60,559 nt of DNA from a virus (taxonomy: Duplodnaviria; Caudoviricetes), in IMG/VR virus record IMGVR_UViG_3300020469_005303, positions 1-60,559 of that record; one strand, given 5' to 3'. Of this stretch, positions 39,001 through 47,200 are shown one piece after another. Position 1 is the first letter of the stretch; each line of letters begins with the position of its first letter. The notes beneath the pieces were generated by a model. The model searched no databases, was not told the origin of the DNA, and saw only the letters and a list, made by a program, of their open reading frames with translations. The position numbers and the translations under genes were made by a program.

Positions 39001-41139
39001 GGAAAATATTGGAAGATATTAAGTACAAACTATACTAAACTGAAAGTAACGTCTACAATAGATTTTAAAATAAAAAAATATAAGGATATTACAAATATAA
39101 ATCACCATGATTTTGATTTCTCTAGAGAATTTGTTAAAATCTTTAAATCACAAAATCAATTTACTAATGGGATATTTGATCAATTGAATTGTAATTCTGT
39201 CAAAAAATATTCTTTGGCCAAAGAATATTTACCTTTTGATATAGCACACATTGGTACGACAAAAAATATACTTACACACGGCCGCACAAAAACTCACACA
39301 GATTACGGATATAATAGAAATTTAGGTGTTTCTAGCAATAGTAGAGAAACAAGTGTTGATGACTCAGGATATGTTTGTCAAAAGCCTGCAATAGTAAGAA
39401 CATATAAAAAATCAGAAAACCGCAAAGAAGAATATAAAAAAGACTCCTTTTGGTTTAACGAAGACAAAAAGCATATTAGAAAAGAAGAACAAAGTCTTTT
39501 ATACGAACAACCAACACACCCACCTATTATATCATTTAGATTTGAGGACTACGACACATTACAAGATATTTCTTTAAACATTACGAACTTTAATTCTTCT
39601 CAAACGCAAGATGCTAATGGTGAATATACAAAAGTAAACAGCTCATATAATAACACATATGTATTTCAAAATGAAAATGGATATCACATATATAAGACTA
39701 AAGAATGTTGGGTTTTACAAAAATCAAATAAATTTAATGACTTAGAATTCTTAGAAGATGTTGATTATGAATATACAACGAGTAATTCAAAAAGAATTGA
39801 TGGTGAATTAAATGGTAACTTTGGATCAAGTTCTATTTTCTCATCTCAAACTGGATTAGTAGAAATTGTTTCAAATAATATAATTGAAAAAACTCCCACA
39901 CCAACACCCGAAAAAACTCCCACACCAACACCAACTCCAACTAAGTCAACACCACCGGATGAGTCTCCTGAAACACCTGAAAGTATAATTACTCCTTCAC
40001 CATCACCAAGCCCTACACCATCTAAATTAAGTGTAGAAAATACACCAACCCCAATAACAAAAACAGACACAATTGATCAATTCCTGTTTGAAAAAAATGA
40101 TTTGGCAATAACAACAAAAAAATACGATATGTCAAAAGATTCTCAATTGACAGAACTTCAAATAAAAGAAGACCTAGACGATCAGCAAATAATCATTTCG
40201 GGTATAATGACGGTTGAAGAACTACAAGAACGTGAGGATGTGTTATCAGAAATTCCACCCAATGCTAAGAACTTTGGAATAAAAGTAGCAAATTATACTA
40301 AAATGACAAGTAGTACGATTACGCAGAAAAGTGCTAACCAATACGGATGGGATTCAAGTGAGGTATATAAAAATGGAAAATTTAGAGCATTTTATATGTC
40401 AAAAAATCAATTGGGAAGTTTACACAAATATGATAATCAACACATTTTTGCCGATTATGGATATTATATTAAAAGTTGGATAGGTGCTCGTCATATTATA
40501 GTAAAAGTATTAAATCAAATTGATGCGGTCACCGAACTAACCGCAACAACAGGTTTACCCGAAGGAGTTTTACTTACATGGAAACCATCTTTTAATGCAG
40601 ACTATCTTAGAATAGAAGCAAGTGATCAAAACACCAACTCATGGATTACAATTGCAGATAACATTTCGCAAATAAGAGCAACATCTGGATACCTTGACAC
40701 ATCAATAGAAATGAACACAGAAAGAGAATACCGAGTAATTTCAGTTGGAGTGTCTGGAAAAGAAACAAAATCGGAAACAACATCTGGATGGAGATTGGGC
40801 ATACCGTCTGCACCCTCAAATTTAAACGTATCTTATGGAAAATTTTCAAATAAAATTGAGATTTCATGGAATGGTTCGGGTTTAACATCAAAATATAATA
40901 AAGTTGATAGTTATACAATCTTAAGATCAGAAACAAACCAGTTTGATGACTTTTCTGATTATACTGCTATAGCAAATAATCTGACAACAAATGACTATGT
41001 TGATACTTTTAATTTAGATACTGCGATAATATATTGGTATGTTATTGTTTCAAACAACGAAAAAACAAAAATACTAACAGAAAGTGAATTCAACCAAAAA
41101 ATCAACAGAACGAATTCAGTTGCTGGAAAAATATCTTAA
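30055..41139 (+). CDS. Giant (3694 aa) baseplate/virion protein with LamG-like, WKNFRE, ANG-Y, CBM-like, PT linker and FN3 modules
   Basis: Uninterrupted 11-kb ORF; wedge-like IPEFL...GEQFD...LKTAGTENSIRALF; FRGSIDKLRIY (LamG); two C-terminal FN3-like repeats (LTWKP, YRVISV, ISWN, YWYVI). Confidence 0.8.
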   Translation: MTDILQHTFASKFDSDTNVIRSSSIDSSDFNKIKDRENTGDLFGVNSKDVIEFSAFTQDNELVGWKTIQQTPNYSTKTISYTDTSGVIQNKNISYLQSLYPKTSDGNILISPKYELSQLGIEQGEYKVRIAYRNDIVGSFENPYKLQIKEISASRTEIKAVTQSFKNSRNPNQISFNFEYSNFLNKQVMVAHIIEKLSNILKNETFVSELDSKEFSQKTSDYSFYVNKASKSFSLTELEILKELDSIYKNLKDTYMSYLYGNYNEVFSQNKFYTDYINLVDYTLNTFSRFVQEENTDIKLFYKFMLIQMFNETELDNLFKKRFDTYLLNGMNFGNGLFIPFLKYSSVKDEMLSSNSNDVLLIKLLKPLDESITEDVNFHISQNPYSDDIVKSIILRSIVDKSSTTFKLRGPSLSTKLTSNATKKFSLSDEEESKLLEDDTSSAENYFKTTNTEIENLYIDYSDFKNFVKFSSARARLDNFVLKLTNISKFKFKIQEAIRKINKLNRDVASGFLNSTEASRSLEILKNEDIKKYNEGIVEIFKTFTPYDKFLYYDNDNGAWPRETSFSINGFTGAVDGANGLYKLHASRKYDLDKVFLNEINSSWKIIWDYTVSKWKLFNEESDVFIYSNGANLNSGFTANNTNNSGFGGQSSLFKINLLEEYTEGTAIFPPELIPLDIIEFQKSDGFAWYKGKAREADLYDKYNDESLYNSIPEFLVRTNENEEFTLFLGMIGEQFDILHVYTENMTEMSYTRNSFKKGIPNQLVWFVMNSFGVRLSGRTSDQLTIGKQFEENRDKVWRRVLNNLPYILKTAGTENSIRALFTCYGIPDHLFKIREYGGINYNTDTDESDVNFKIDTYDYSLQITDSDQYLDIPVDLEEENNTKVSIEMKLSIGSEFFQNTQETIIFNEDTSERLPSNLGMGVNIEKLLNSDEDYIIGSTKPIFYTKGQTQESFVPDSWKDDDSVMALSWKNFREGVSFSYPKVKSGTEPAFVTIYSDRAKKTKEIVNELGQVESVEYYDPLYTLAEIGAQDTLNGEIVRLSFSFSQDAEITKGEYRNDDHTLDFRFEGSLEGNHYTISELKQNGYLNNSGFYSILQSNRNWEFGIFRDDKFKDNYGKFYLNFYNTDGLILCPSKMSDPIYFEDNFEYDILINCKQSDVNTDSEVTLYVKRVYDSSEVFSSQENLVITKYSANNIVKTKNLYFGNYNQQTQFRGSIDKLRIYKTDISEKRFLGHINNNQGYDIDNFIELENVLVTKINFDHPYSLVGSTGVSSEPGILKNYALVNNKQDVLAYNFTNTTYPYHFIGKNRTELSNLPSMAGKSFTNNKIRIENQTKIAELNPRARSTKKSNDRNSIDSNTLGVYFSPTDIVNQEIIRFLGQINLGEFIGDPQETYNYCYKKFESLRKIFFKHGFGKLDIQKYFNLIKSYIDPSLFENLEKLVPARANLISGLLIEPSLLERHKIIPPRIKSSTWIDLDGNKSADKEKITEILNVDFNVGLKGNISSFGNERPYISNKTGEYKLTHDSDIKVFKNDSEFTFNYNYCGNLVGEDISDTSKDIFTIHGITEQKGKLFKVEKIKEQKKIGVQYNGKLIDYDIFLNDGIQISGFTNGMETANGIYEFKFKGASGLPVFTNQSRMWWVFYSSFKNRWIIASDNTVDGGKYLALNRNRNYENYTWISGNRIVDSNTNTPEWFGTGFNNSLESDNLPVRDFDYFGRVSFIAKYDRFIECEAYINGWVNAELYGIYKGSFTEKFVTENNEFENVNKPKSDYTFDGDKRYVFLNGTFRGKIQNGWVGSDKIQQTDSDKNIRIVGFFDGKNYESCDKPYYTSGLINSLVSFDNRDKLVFDFRNYNSNKVRYTTKNFDNINLVKIPEKLKHTNDIDFKFISDFNIKNQGISDVSDLSSGQIRKKHTIKTTDIFYSPNVYNVSVKHDISLNTNSILNIKFLAKKIKIRKNTYKLNLKNSNIKFNFYNDEYKNLEIISRGSDFQPSSVYNQSGEKLKTNTRSLIRNIRESIKYKHNEKNLNEFENSIIGNLDYCLVYVGESIENFDFIFLILLESRKEIKTNLNCKNFFQNTITTKKDTKTFFKPTPMLVENIPLFVKKIEIVEKGKGYTGEELVEIYGNRPNNWKSSWPQKIKANKLFKIDNITGEITSVRSDNFMLTGDNWLTDSTITFNDTPKIKIDPPIIDNKYSTRESAKFYIISGDPTPSVSADVTLENYVDLELGDTIGKSLNSANMYFEGRDLVKYDTGLVHTKKINIQTSEKTSSRRLNPTEIIMFSNESILDFELYVDNKIKEVMRSDICGNETPISSDTYEIQITSFYDDGDIDYGISYIKNRELVNNFFIILNEEKSNELNYQLTDEQFVNKISKVNENKYSEGYVRINGFTSNQSSANGNYRFRNDISYCDNYGSYNVPIPTYTSENTEWILTYEENINRWKLRNIKNFDFIVSNTKYLEDGFLANKDNNQGFYTGKEVIINSENTVDQNGFVYNSSNDIIGNKFQEANVSVSNRFKIVPNKLLFKLEKENFNNFLIWKINIKSKTNNKFVYEIPLVYINSDATDESFVEKYNNIESKLNTLDITQYQETSACNLNFQNAVVWKIKSTNEQSGEFSNSKKIYTQGLTYLNATWFSDDKDLSMSGRYSYVFDKITNASNSLIEFSELTNLWKIKTINREKALIINNNYPKCGVYKTTTKNIYGICEYEKIDDDIGSVAIKLKNLTDEYESANGLYYMYGYLETGEYLFRNKNSPWLFFTQDNGITWELRNDRLYPTLKIVQYSKIDQVGVYTNKSETLKLFINFELDFSFDNNRDFLNVNIDSLKLTSDTNKMLVYNKTGYEKNISDDFNLSVNLQVINAEKTTKYWSSIPCKNDKNINDFYLHNNLFLKSESELLVDTEYNKFKLKLNVEKSKHILSSSVNQLIDLEGMSNDRQIVLDNFYDNSFKTDMVYAIGSIVHYSDIMWECIKETPTNRNVIPGVDFETGKYWKILSTNYTKLKVTSTIDFKIKKYKDITNINHHDFDFSREFVKIFKSQNQFTNGIFDQLNCNSVKKYSLAKEYLPFDIAHIGTTKNILTHGRTKTHTDYGYNRNLGVSSNSRETSVDDSGYVCQKPAIVRTYKKSENRKEEYKKDSFWFNEDKKHIRKEEQSLLYEQPTHPPIISFRFEDYDTLQDISLNITNFNSSQTQDANGEYTKVNSSYNNTYVFQNENGYHIYKTKECWVLQKSNKFNDLEFLEDVDYEYTTSNSKRIDGELNGNFGSSSIFSSQTGLVEIVSNNIIEKTPTPTPEKTPTPTPTPTKSTPPDESPETPESIITPSPSPSPTPSKLSVENTPTPITKTDTIDQFLFEKNDLAITTKKYDMSKDSQLTELQIKEDLDDQQIIISGIMTVEELQEREDVLSEIPPNAKNFGIKVANYTKMTSSTITQKSANQYGWDSSEVYKNGKFRAFYMSKNQLGSLHKYDNQHIFADYGYYIKSWIGARHIIVKVLNQIDAVTELTATTGLPEGVLLTWKPSFNADYLRIEASDQNTNSWITIADNISQIRATSGYLDTSIEMNTEREYRVISVGVSGKETKSETTSGWRLGIPSAPSNLNVSYGKFSNKIEISWNGSGLTSKYNKVDSYTILRSETNQFDDFSDYTAIANNLTTNDYVDTFNLDTAIIYWYVIVSNNEKTKILTESEFNQKINRTNSVAGKIS

Positions 41140-41143
41140 TCAA

Positions 41144-42040
41144 ATGAACACACTACATAAATTATATTCTTCGGATAAAGAAAAAGTAAACGCAGTATTA
41201 TATAACGGAAAAATTATTAAAGCAGGTAGAAGTCGTGGTTTTAAAACTGCGGTTGAGTTCAACAATGATACAGATAAACTCGAATCACCTCAGTCATTTG
41301 CGGATATTAATTGTGATAGTTTCGCATCAAGCGAATTGTCTGTGTCATTTTGGATACACCCAAAAAACAACAGTATTGAAAATTCACCTGTATTTGTAAA
41401 TGAGCATAATAATAAAGTCACGGGTATATTTTACAATTGTGGTGAAAGCAATGAAGGTACGCTTGGTATTTGTTGGAATGATGACATTACGAACCAACCC
41501 ATAAAGACAGATATAAAAATAACAAATTCAGGTTGGGTTCATTTTGTTTTCATATTTGAGCAAACGGGTATTATAAGAATATTCGGAAACGGAAAATATA
41601 TTTTCAAACATGACATCGGTCGTGATCTTGAAAAGGTAATATTTTCTAATATGAGATTAGGTGGATTTTCCGGATGGATTGATGATTTTAATATATATCA
41701 TTATTCATTGAAATATGGAAATGTAAATATAAACCAAATTGCGACACAAAATATATCATATATTTTTAATACAAGCAGAAAAAGTGGAGAATTAAATGTA
41801 CCAGTAGATATTGATTTCAAAGAAACCAACGAACCTTTTTATTATTTACAAGATGCTGATTTTTTAAAAGCACATCAAAATTATAATCTACAAAAACAAA
41901 ATAATCAAAATTACTTTGATGAAGATTCTATGTATCAAACGGCCGGTGGTGTGAATGATGGAAGTTTTAGAATAGCAAGTGGTGCATTTAGAACCTTTTT
42001 AGGCAAGATATACGAAGAACCTCCTAAAGAAGACGAATAA
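41144..42040 (+). CDS. LamG/concanavalin A-like domain protein
   Basis: SVSFWIHP, GWVHFVF, RIFGNG, FSGWIDDFNIY; ATG 41144 preferred to avoid overlap. Confidence 0.75.
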   Translation: MNTLHKLYSSDKEKVNAVLYNGKIIKAGRSRGFKTAVEFNNDTDKLESPQSFADINCDSFASSELSVSFWIHPKNNSIENSPVFVNEHNNKVTGIFYNCGESNEGTLGICWNDDITNQPIKTDIKITNSGWVHFVFIFEQTGIIRIFGNGKYIFKHDIGRDLEKVIFSNMRLGGFSGWIDDFNIYHYSLKYGNVNINQIATQNISYIFNTSRKSGELNVPVDIDFKETNEPFYYLQDADFLKAHQNYNLQKQNNQNYFDEDSMYQTAGGVNDGSFRIASGAFRTFLGKIYEEPPKEDE

Positions 42041-42051
42041 AAAGTCTTGTA

Positions 42052-42065
42052 TATAAATATTTATA
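42052..42065. promoter_or_regulatory. Palindromic TATAAATATTTATA (putative late-promoter motif in both orientations)
   Basis: Perfect 14-bp palindrome in the gap before 42097. Confidence 0.5.
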
Positions 42066-42096
42066 TGAAATAATTTTAAATCAAATATATATTAGT

Positions 42097-42768
42097 ATGG
42101 GTTATTTAAATAATGAAACTATAACCGTTCATGCGGTTCTTACAAGAAAGGGTAGAGAGTTACTTGCTTCGGAGAATGGTCTTAACATTACAAGCTTTGC
42201 ACTTGCCGATGATGAAATAGATTATACACTATACGATCCGAACCATCCAGAAGGATCACAATACTACGATTCTGCGTTACGAAACATACCTGTGTTTGAA
42301 CCTCTTACTGATGAAACACAGTGTCTTAAATACAAATTAGTAACACTTCCACCTGGAACAGAATATATTCCTACTATCAAACTAGGTCAACAAAATATAA
42401 TTGTTGATAAGACATATAACGGAGTGATAAATATAACTCCCACTACAGAACCGGTATACAACACCTCACTTGGATACACAGCGGTCTTATCAAACAGAAA
42501 TGTAGGAACACTGACGGGCACGGGTCTTGATGTAGACTCATCTCAAACTGCATCAATATTTTTGGGTGACACATCAAGTGAAATGGCAACAACAGAAGTT
42601 GGTTTTTCATTTACTTTTAAACCAAACAAAAGTATAACAACAGATCAAAGAGCAACCTTAACAATAATTGGTAACGAGAGTGGAGGTTCTACATCAATAC
42701 CAGTCGTAGTCACCGTAGTTTCTTCAAGTGAAAATTCTGAGCAAGATACACTTAACACATTCCTATGA
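42097..42768 (+). CDS. Putative virion structural protein
   Basis: MGYLNNETITVHAVLTRKGRELLA...ITSFALADDEIDY (tail-collar/baseplate-type N-terminus); structural operon context. Confidence 0.65.
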   Translation: MGYLNNETITVHAVLTRKGRELLASENGLNITSFALADDEIDYTLYDPNHPEGSQYYDSALRNIPVFEPLTDETQCLKYKLVTLPPGTEYIPTIKLGQQNIIVDKTYNGVINITPTTEPVYNTSLGYTAVLSNRNVGTLTGTGLDVDSSQTASIFLGDTSSEMATTEVGFSFTFKPNKSITTDQRATLTIIGNESGGSTSIPVVVTVVSSSENSEQDTLNTFL

Positions 42769-44183
42769 GCATTTACAGAGAAATAGAACAAACTGATAAA
42801 GTTTTTGGTCGTGTTAGAAAAGTATCTTCTGGTTTATTTTCCTCAGGATTCGAGTGCATTGATTTTTATATAGATCAAACAGAAATACAAAGTAATATAA
42901 GTGGTTGGGTGGCATCTACTGCTGATGAGAATTACTCAAACACCTATCTTGCTCCTACTTTCGACGATTACGGAAGTACAACAAATTACATTGAAGAAAA
43001 TGTAATTTTTGAGGGAGAATCAGAGGGTACTCTCGGTGAAAATAAAAAAAGATGGAACGAAGTATCTTATGGTGACTACTATGTAAATGTATACAATGAA
43101 CCAACTTATATAGACGGTCTCCCAAATGACAATGCTACATCTCAATTTTCCATTTCATACGGAAACAAATATGGATATGGATCATTAAACTCAGATTTAT
43201 CAACATCAGTAACAAAAGCAGTATATAATCAATATAAGAATATACTATTAGGACCTGGTGACGCAAGTTGGACATTTGCACTTGATTCAAATACGAACGC
43301 ATTTAAAGATAGGGATTCTATATATGTAATAAATTTCTCATCATCTCAGTTAAAAGAAAAATTTGATCCTGGAAACCTTGAATTCAGACTAACTGTTACA
43401 CATGATGATATTACCGTAACAGAAACTTTCAGAGACGATAGCAGATTCGTTACTAATTCTGTTAGAAACCCATCAACGGGTAAAGTATATCAAATAGTAA
43501 CTGGATCTATTGTTGATGAAATGTCTGATGAAAAAAGATACGCACTTGGTTCGGGTGAAGGGTCCGGTGAAGGTTTTGGATTTGCTTATCCTGATCTCGG
43601 AATATTAGTTTTAAATCCATTTGCTTTATCCTGTCACTTTGGAAGCAAGATAGAAGAAGAGTTGATTAACAGAGGTGATTCGGAGCAAGCATCCGCAAAA
43701 AATAATAAAGGTAGACAATTGAGTTGGTATGGTAAAACCGATCCATCTCTGATTAACACCAATGAAGAAGTTGGATCAGCCGACTTACAATATGGCACAG
43801 AAAGAAATCATCAAAACTTTATGAAACTATTTAATGCAATTAAACTAGGAGCATCATTCAAAGCAAGGAGTACAGAATTTGTTCCTTCAAAGCATTATTT
43901 TATTCGAGTAAAAAATACAGATTTTAATTATAGCAACAATCCTTCATTTGTATTTGGTGGCAAAGAAGCAACACAAATCCACGAGGAGGGTTCTGGTCCG
44001 AATCGTGACTATTGGATCGGCAGATTGCGCCATGAGGACTTTATTGATGATCCAAAGGCATACATTACAACTGTTGGTTTATACAATGAAAATAATGAAC
44101 TAGTTGCAGTTGCTAAGTGTAGCGTTCCGATATTAAAAAGTTTTGATACAGAAACACTGATAAAAGTAAAATTAGACTTCTAA
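42765..44183 (+). CDS. Putative baseplate/tail structural protein
   Basis: FNYSNNPS and C-terminal YITTVGLYNENNELVAVAK...IKVKLDF. Confidence 0.65.
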   Translation: MSIYREIEQTDKVFGRVRKVSSGLFSSGFECIDFYIDQTEIQSNISGWVASTADENYSNTYLAPTFDDYGSTTNYIEENVIFEGESEGTLGENKKRWNEVSYGDYYVNVYNEPTYIDGLPNDNATSQFSISYGNKYGYGSLNSDLSTSVTKAVYNQYKNILLGPGDASWTFALDSNTNAFKDRDSIYVINFSSSQLKEKFDPGNLEFRLTVTHDDITVTETFRDDSRFVTNSVRNPSTGKVYQIVTGSIVDEMSDEKRYALGSGEGSGEGFGFAYPDLGILVLNPFALSCHFGSKIEEELINRGDSEQASAKNNKGRQLSWYGKTDPSLINTNEEVGSADLQYGTERNHQNFMKLFNAIKLGASFKARSTEFVPSKHYFIRVKNTDFNYSNNPSFVFGGKEATQIHEEGSGPNRDYWIGRLRHEDFIDDPKAYITTVGLYNENNELVAVAKCSVPILKSFDTETLIKVKLDF

Positions 44184-44225
44184 AGAATATGTGTAAATAT
44201 TTTAGTACAAATATATTTATATATT

Positions 44226-47200
44226 GTGATAAAAGTATTGAAATTATCAAATAAATCGGTAACACGATTTAAAACTAATAAAAAATGGAATTACAGTACA
44301 TTAGATTCTGGTAGTAATATTGTTCTTGAACAAGGTGATAACATTCCATTGTTTTCATCATCTATAAATAAATTGTCAACAGAACAAAATAATTCAGAAT
44401 TTAAATTGAATTTGCGTGTCGGAAAAAAAGTAACAGGCACATTTTTTTCCAAAGATAGTAAATACTTTAATGCAGAGAAAGAACCTCTTAATTATGACGG
44501 ATCATACCAACGAGTCGTATACAACAGCATCAAGCATTTATTCTATAACGACTATGGAACAGTCGGAGATATAGAAAATGATTCGTATTACAAAAATCCG
44601 ATAAATATTTTCGGTAGTGAGACCGGAATATATTCTCCTCAAAATTTCAGTTCAAAAACACTAGAAGTAGACAAACGAAGTGAACGAAGAGTAATGTCAG
44701 ATGAAGTAACTGTTTTGGAAATTCCAGCTAATGTATTTGGAGAAAAAATAAAACCTGGTACATTAAAAATAATAGATCACAGTTCTGAATTCGAGTCAAT
44801 AGAGATTGTTGATGACGGAAACACTAATTTAATAGTAGGTACGAATTCATTCAATAACATTTCAGAATTAAACTTAAATTCTTTTTTTAATTCAATATCA
44901 GAAACATCCTCTGTTGATCAAAAGATAAATATTGATTACACAGATTTGTCGTATGGATATGAAGTAGATTCACACGGAGATTTTTTACTTTCAGGTGCAC
45001 CTACATTATCGACATCAATTTCGGAAAATCAATCAGGCCGTGCATCTTTACATAAATTCAATCCAATTTCAAAAAAACATGAATTAGTAAAAAACTTTTA
45101 TTGTCCATTTACACAAAATGGACTTGCACACGAAAATAGAAACGATAATTGTCAATTTATAATTACAGAACTTGAAGATGTAATTTCAACAGAGAATTTT
45201 TTAGTTAATGACGATTTCGGAAAATCTGTTTCAATAAATGAGTCAATATGTGCAATAGGTTCACCTAAATCTCATATCAACGGCAGAAATAATGATCAAC
45301 CCACTGGTCATATATTTATTTACGAAAAAAATAAAGGTGGTAAAGAAAATTGGGGAATAATTAATGTTTTTGAAGGAACACCAGATTCAGACTTTGGAGA
45401 ATCTATATCAACCGATGGTGACTTTATAGCAGTAGGTTCTCCTAATTTTGAAAATGGAGTAGGATGTGTTTATGTATTTAAAAAAACAAAAAGAACAAAA
45501 GAACATCCGTGGATTAAAACTTCGTCTGTTTATGATTCTTATCAGTGGAATGATGTGCTATCAAAATACGAAGGAACTCCAACTCAAGATACAGAAGAGT
45601 ATTCTAAATATTTAAAAGACAGAGATGGAATTATTTCCAGGAGAATTTCAAAGACGATAAAAGAGTTAAAAAAACTTCTAAACACAGGTGTGATTTCTGA
45701 CATTGAGTATATAAATGCTATACCGACCAAGGATGATTACAGCGAAGTTTATCCTTACAATTATCTGTACACAGACAATGTAGAAGAGTGTGAAGATAAA
45801 AGTAATTGGTATAATCAAAAAATTTGGAGCAAAAATACACACCCGGCAACGAGATGTAAATTCGCAGAAGATGAAAAGCATTACAAGAAATCTAGTTGGC
45901 CTGGATATATGACTGATGAAAAAACAGATTTATATATACCAAATCCGGCACATGAACAAAATAAAGATAATAAATGGGCTTATAGATGGAAACTGCAAAA
46001 TGTAGTTGGAAATGCGGAGGATATTAACCTATTTGGTGACAATGATGATTGTGAATTAGATAACCTGTCTATGTTTTCCAATTCAAATTTAAATTCGTTT
46101 GGAGATGATAGTGGGTTTCCACTCACAGAGTACTCAGAAACGCCGAAAGAATCAATAGGTGATACAACTTATGATTTAATTGGTACTATTAAATCACCTG
46201 ATTTGAGTTCTAAGCGTTTTGGAGAGAAGGTGGTAATAAAAGGAAACAAATTGTATGCTTCAACCCACACAACAGATTTTCCTAGATGTTATATGTTTGT
46301 TAAAACAACAAATGAACACGGTTGCGAAGTATGGGAATTAAAAAATACAATATCAGAAACAGAATTGATAGGTCATACAAATAATTCAATGATAGACGAG
46401 AGTGTATTACACTCGGTAGAATTAAATCATTATGATACCTATTTTGATATTAAAATATGTCCATCCGTTTCGTCCACATCAGACTCAACAGGAATCCCTA
46501 CATTCAATAAATGGATTTATAGTTTTGATCAACCAATATTAAGTTCGGAAAATAAAATACTAGGAGGTACGCGGGTCGATGCGTGTGATTCTATTTGTAA
46601 AGATTATAATTCCTACAAATACTATTCAAGATTTTCTAAAATAAAAGAAAAGCAGGCTGCACAAATTCCTGCCAACTATGGTGAGCAAATAAACTTACCA
46701 ATGTTAAATGACAAAGCGAAGTTTTTTAGCAAGGCGGAATTTGCAGACTCTTTTTACCATCCTTCTGACAATTCCATTGGCATTTCTTGGAAAAATGCAA
46801 GAGAAAATGTATCGTTTGCGTATACTAATGTTACACCTGGTAACTTTCCCAATTTCATGACAATTTATTCAAATGAAGCAAAGCAATCTGACGGAACGTA
46901 TGATCCATTACATACATTAATAGAAATAGGAGGACACGAAACCTTAAATAACCAACTTGTTAGATTGATAATTGACAGTGAACGTGGGAACACAGAGCAT
47001 TTTTATGAATTTATTTATCGTGGTTCAATAGAGGGAACACATTATACACTAAATGAACTTAAAGAAAAAATTGAATACGAATGCACACTTCCACCAAATA
47101 AAGGAGTATACACCACGATAGCAAACGAATTATTTATAGACGGTTTAGGAAACAAACAAAACGCAAAATTATTTTCTAAAGGTGAAAATGACCTTCAATA

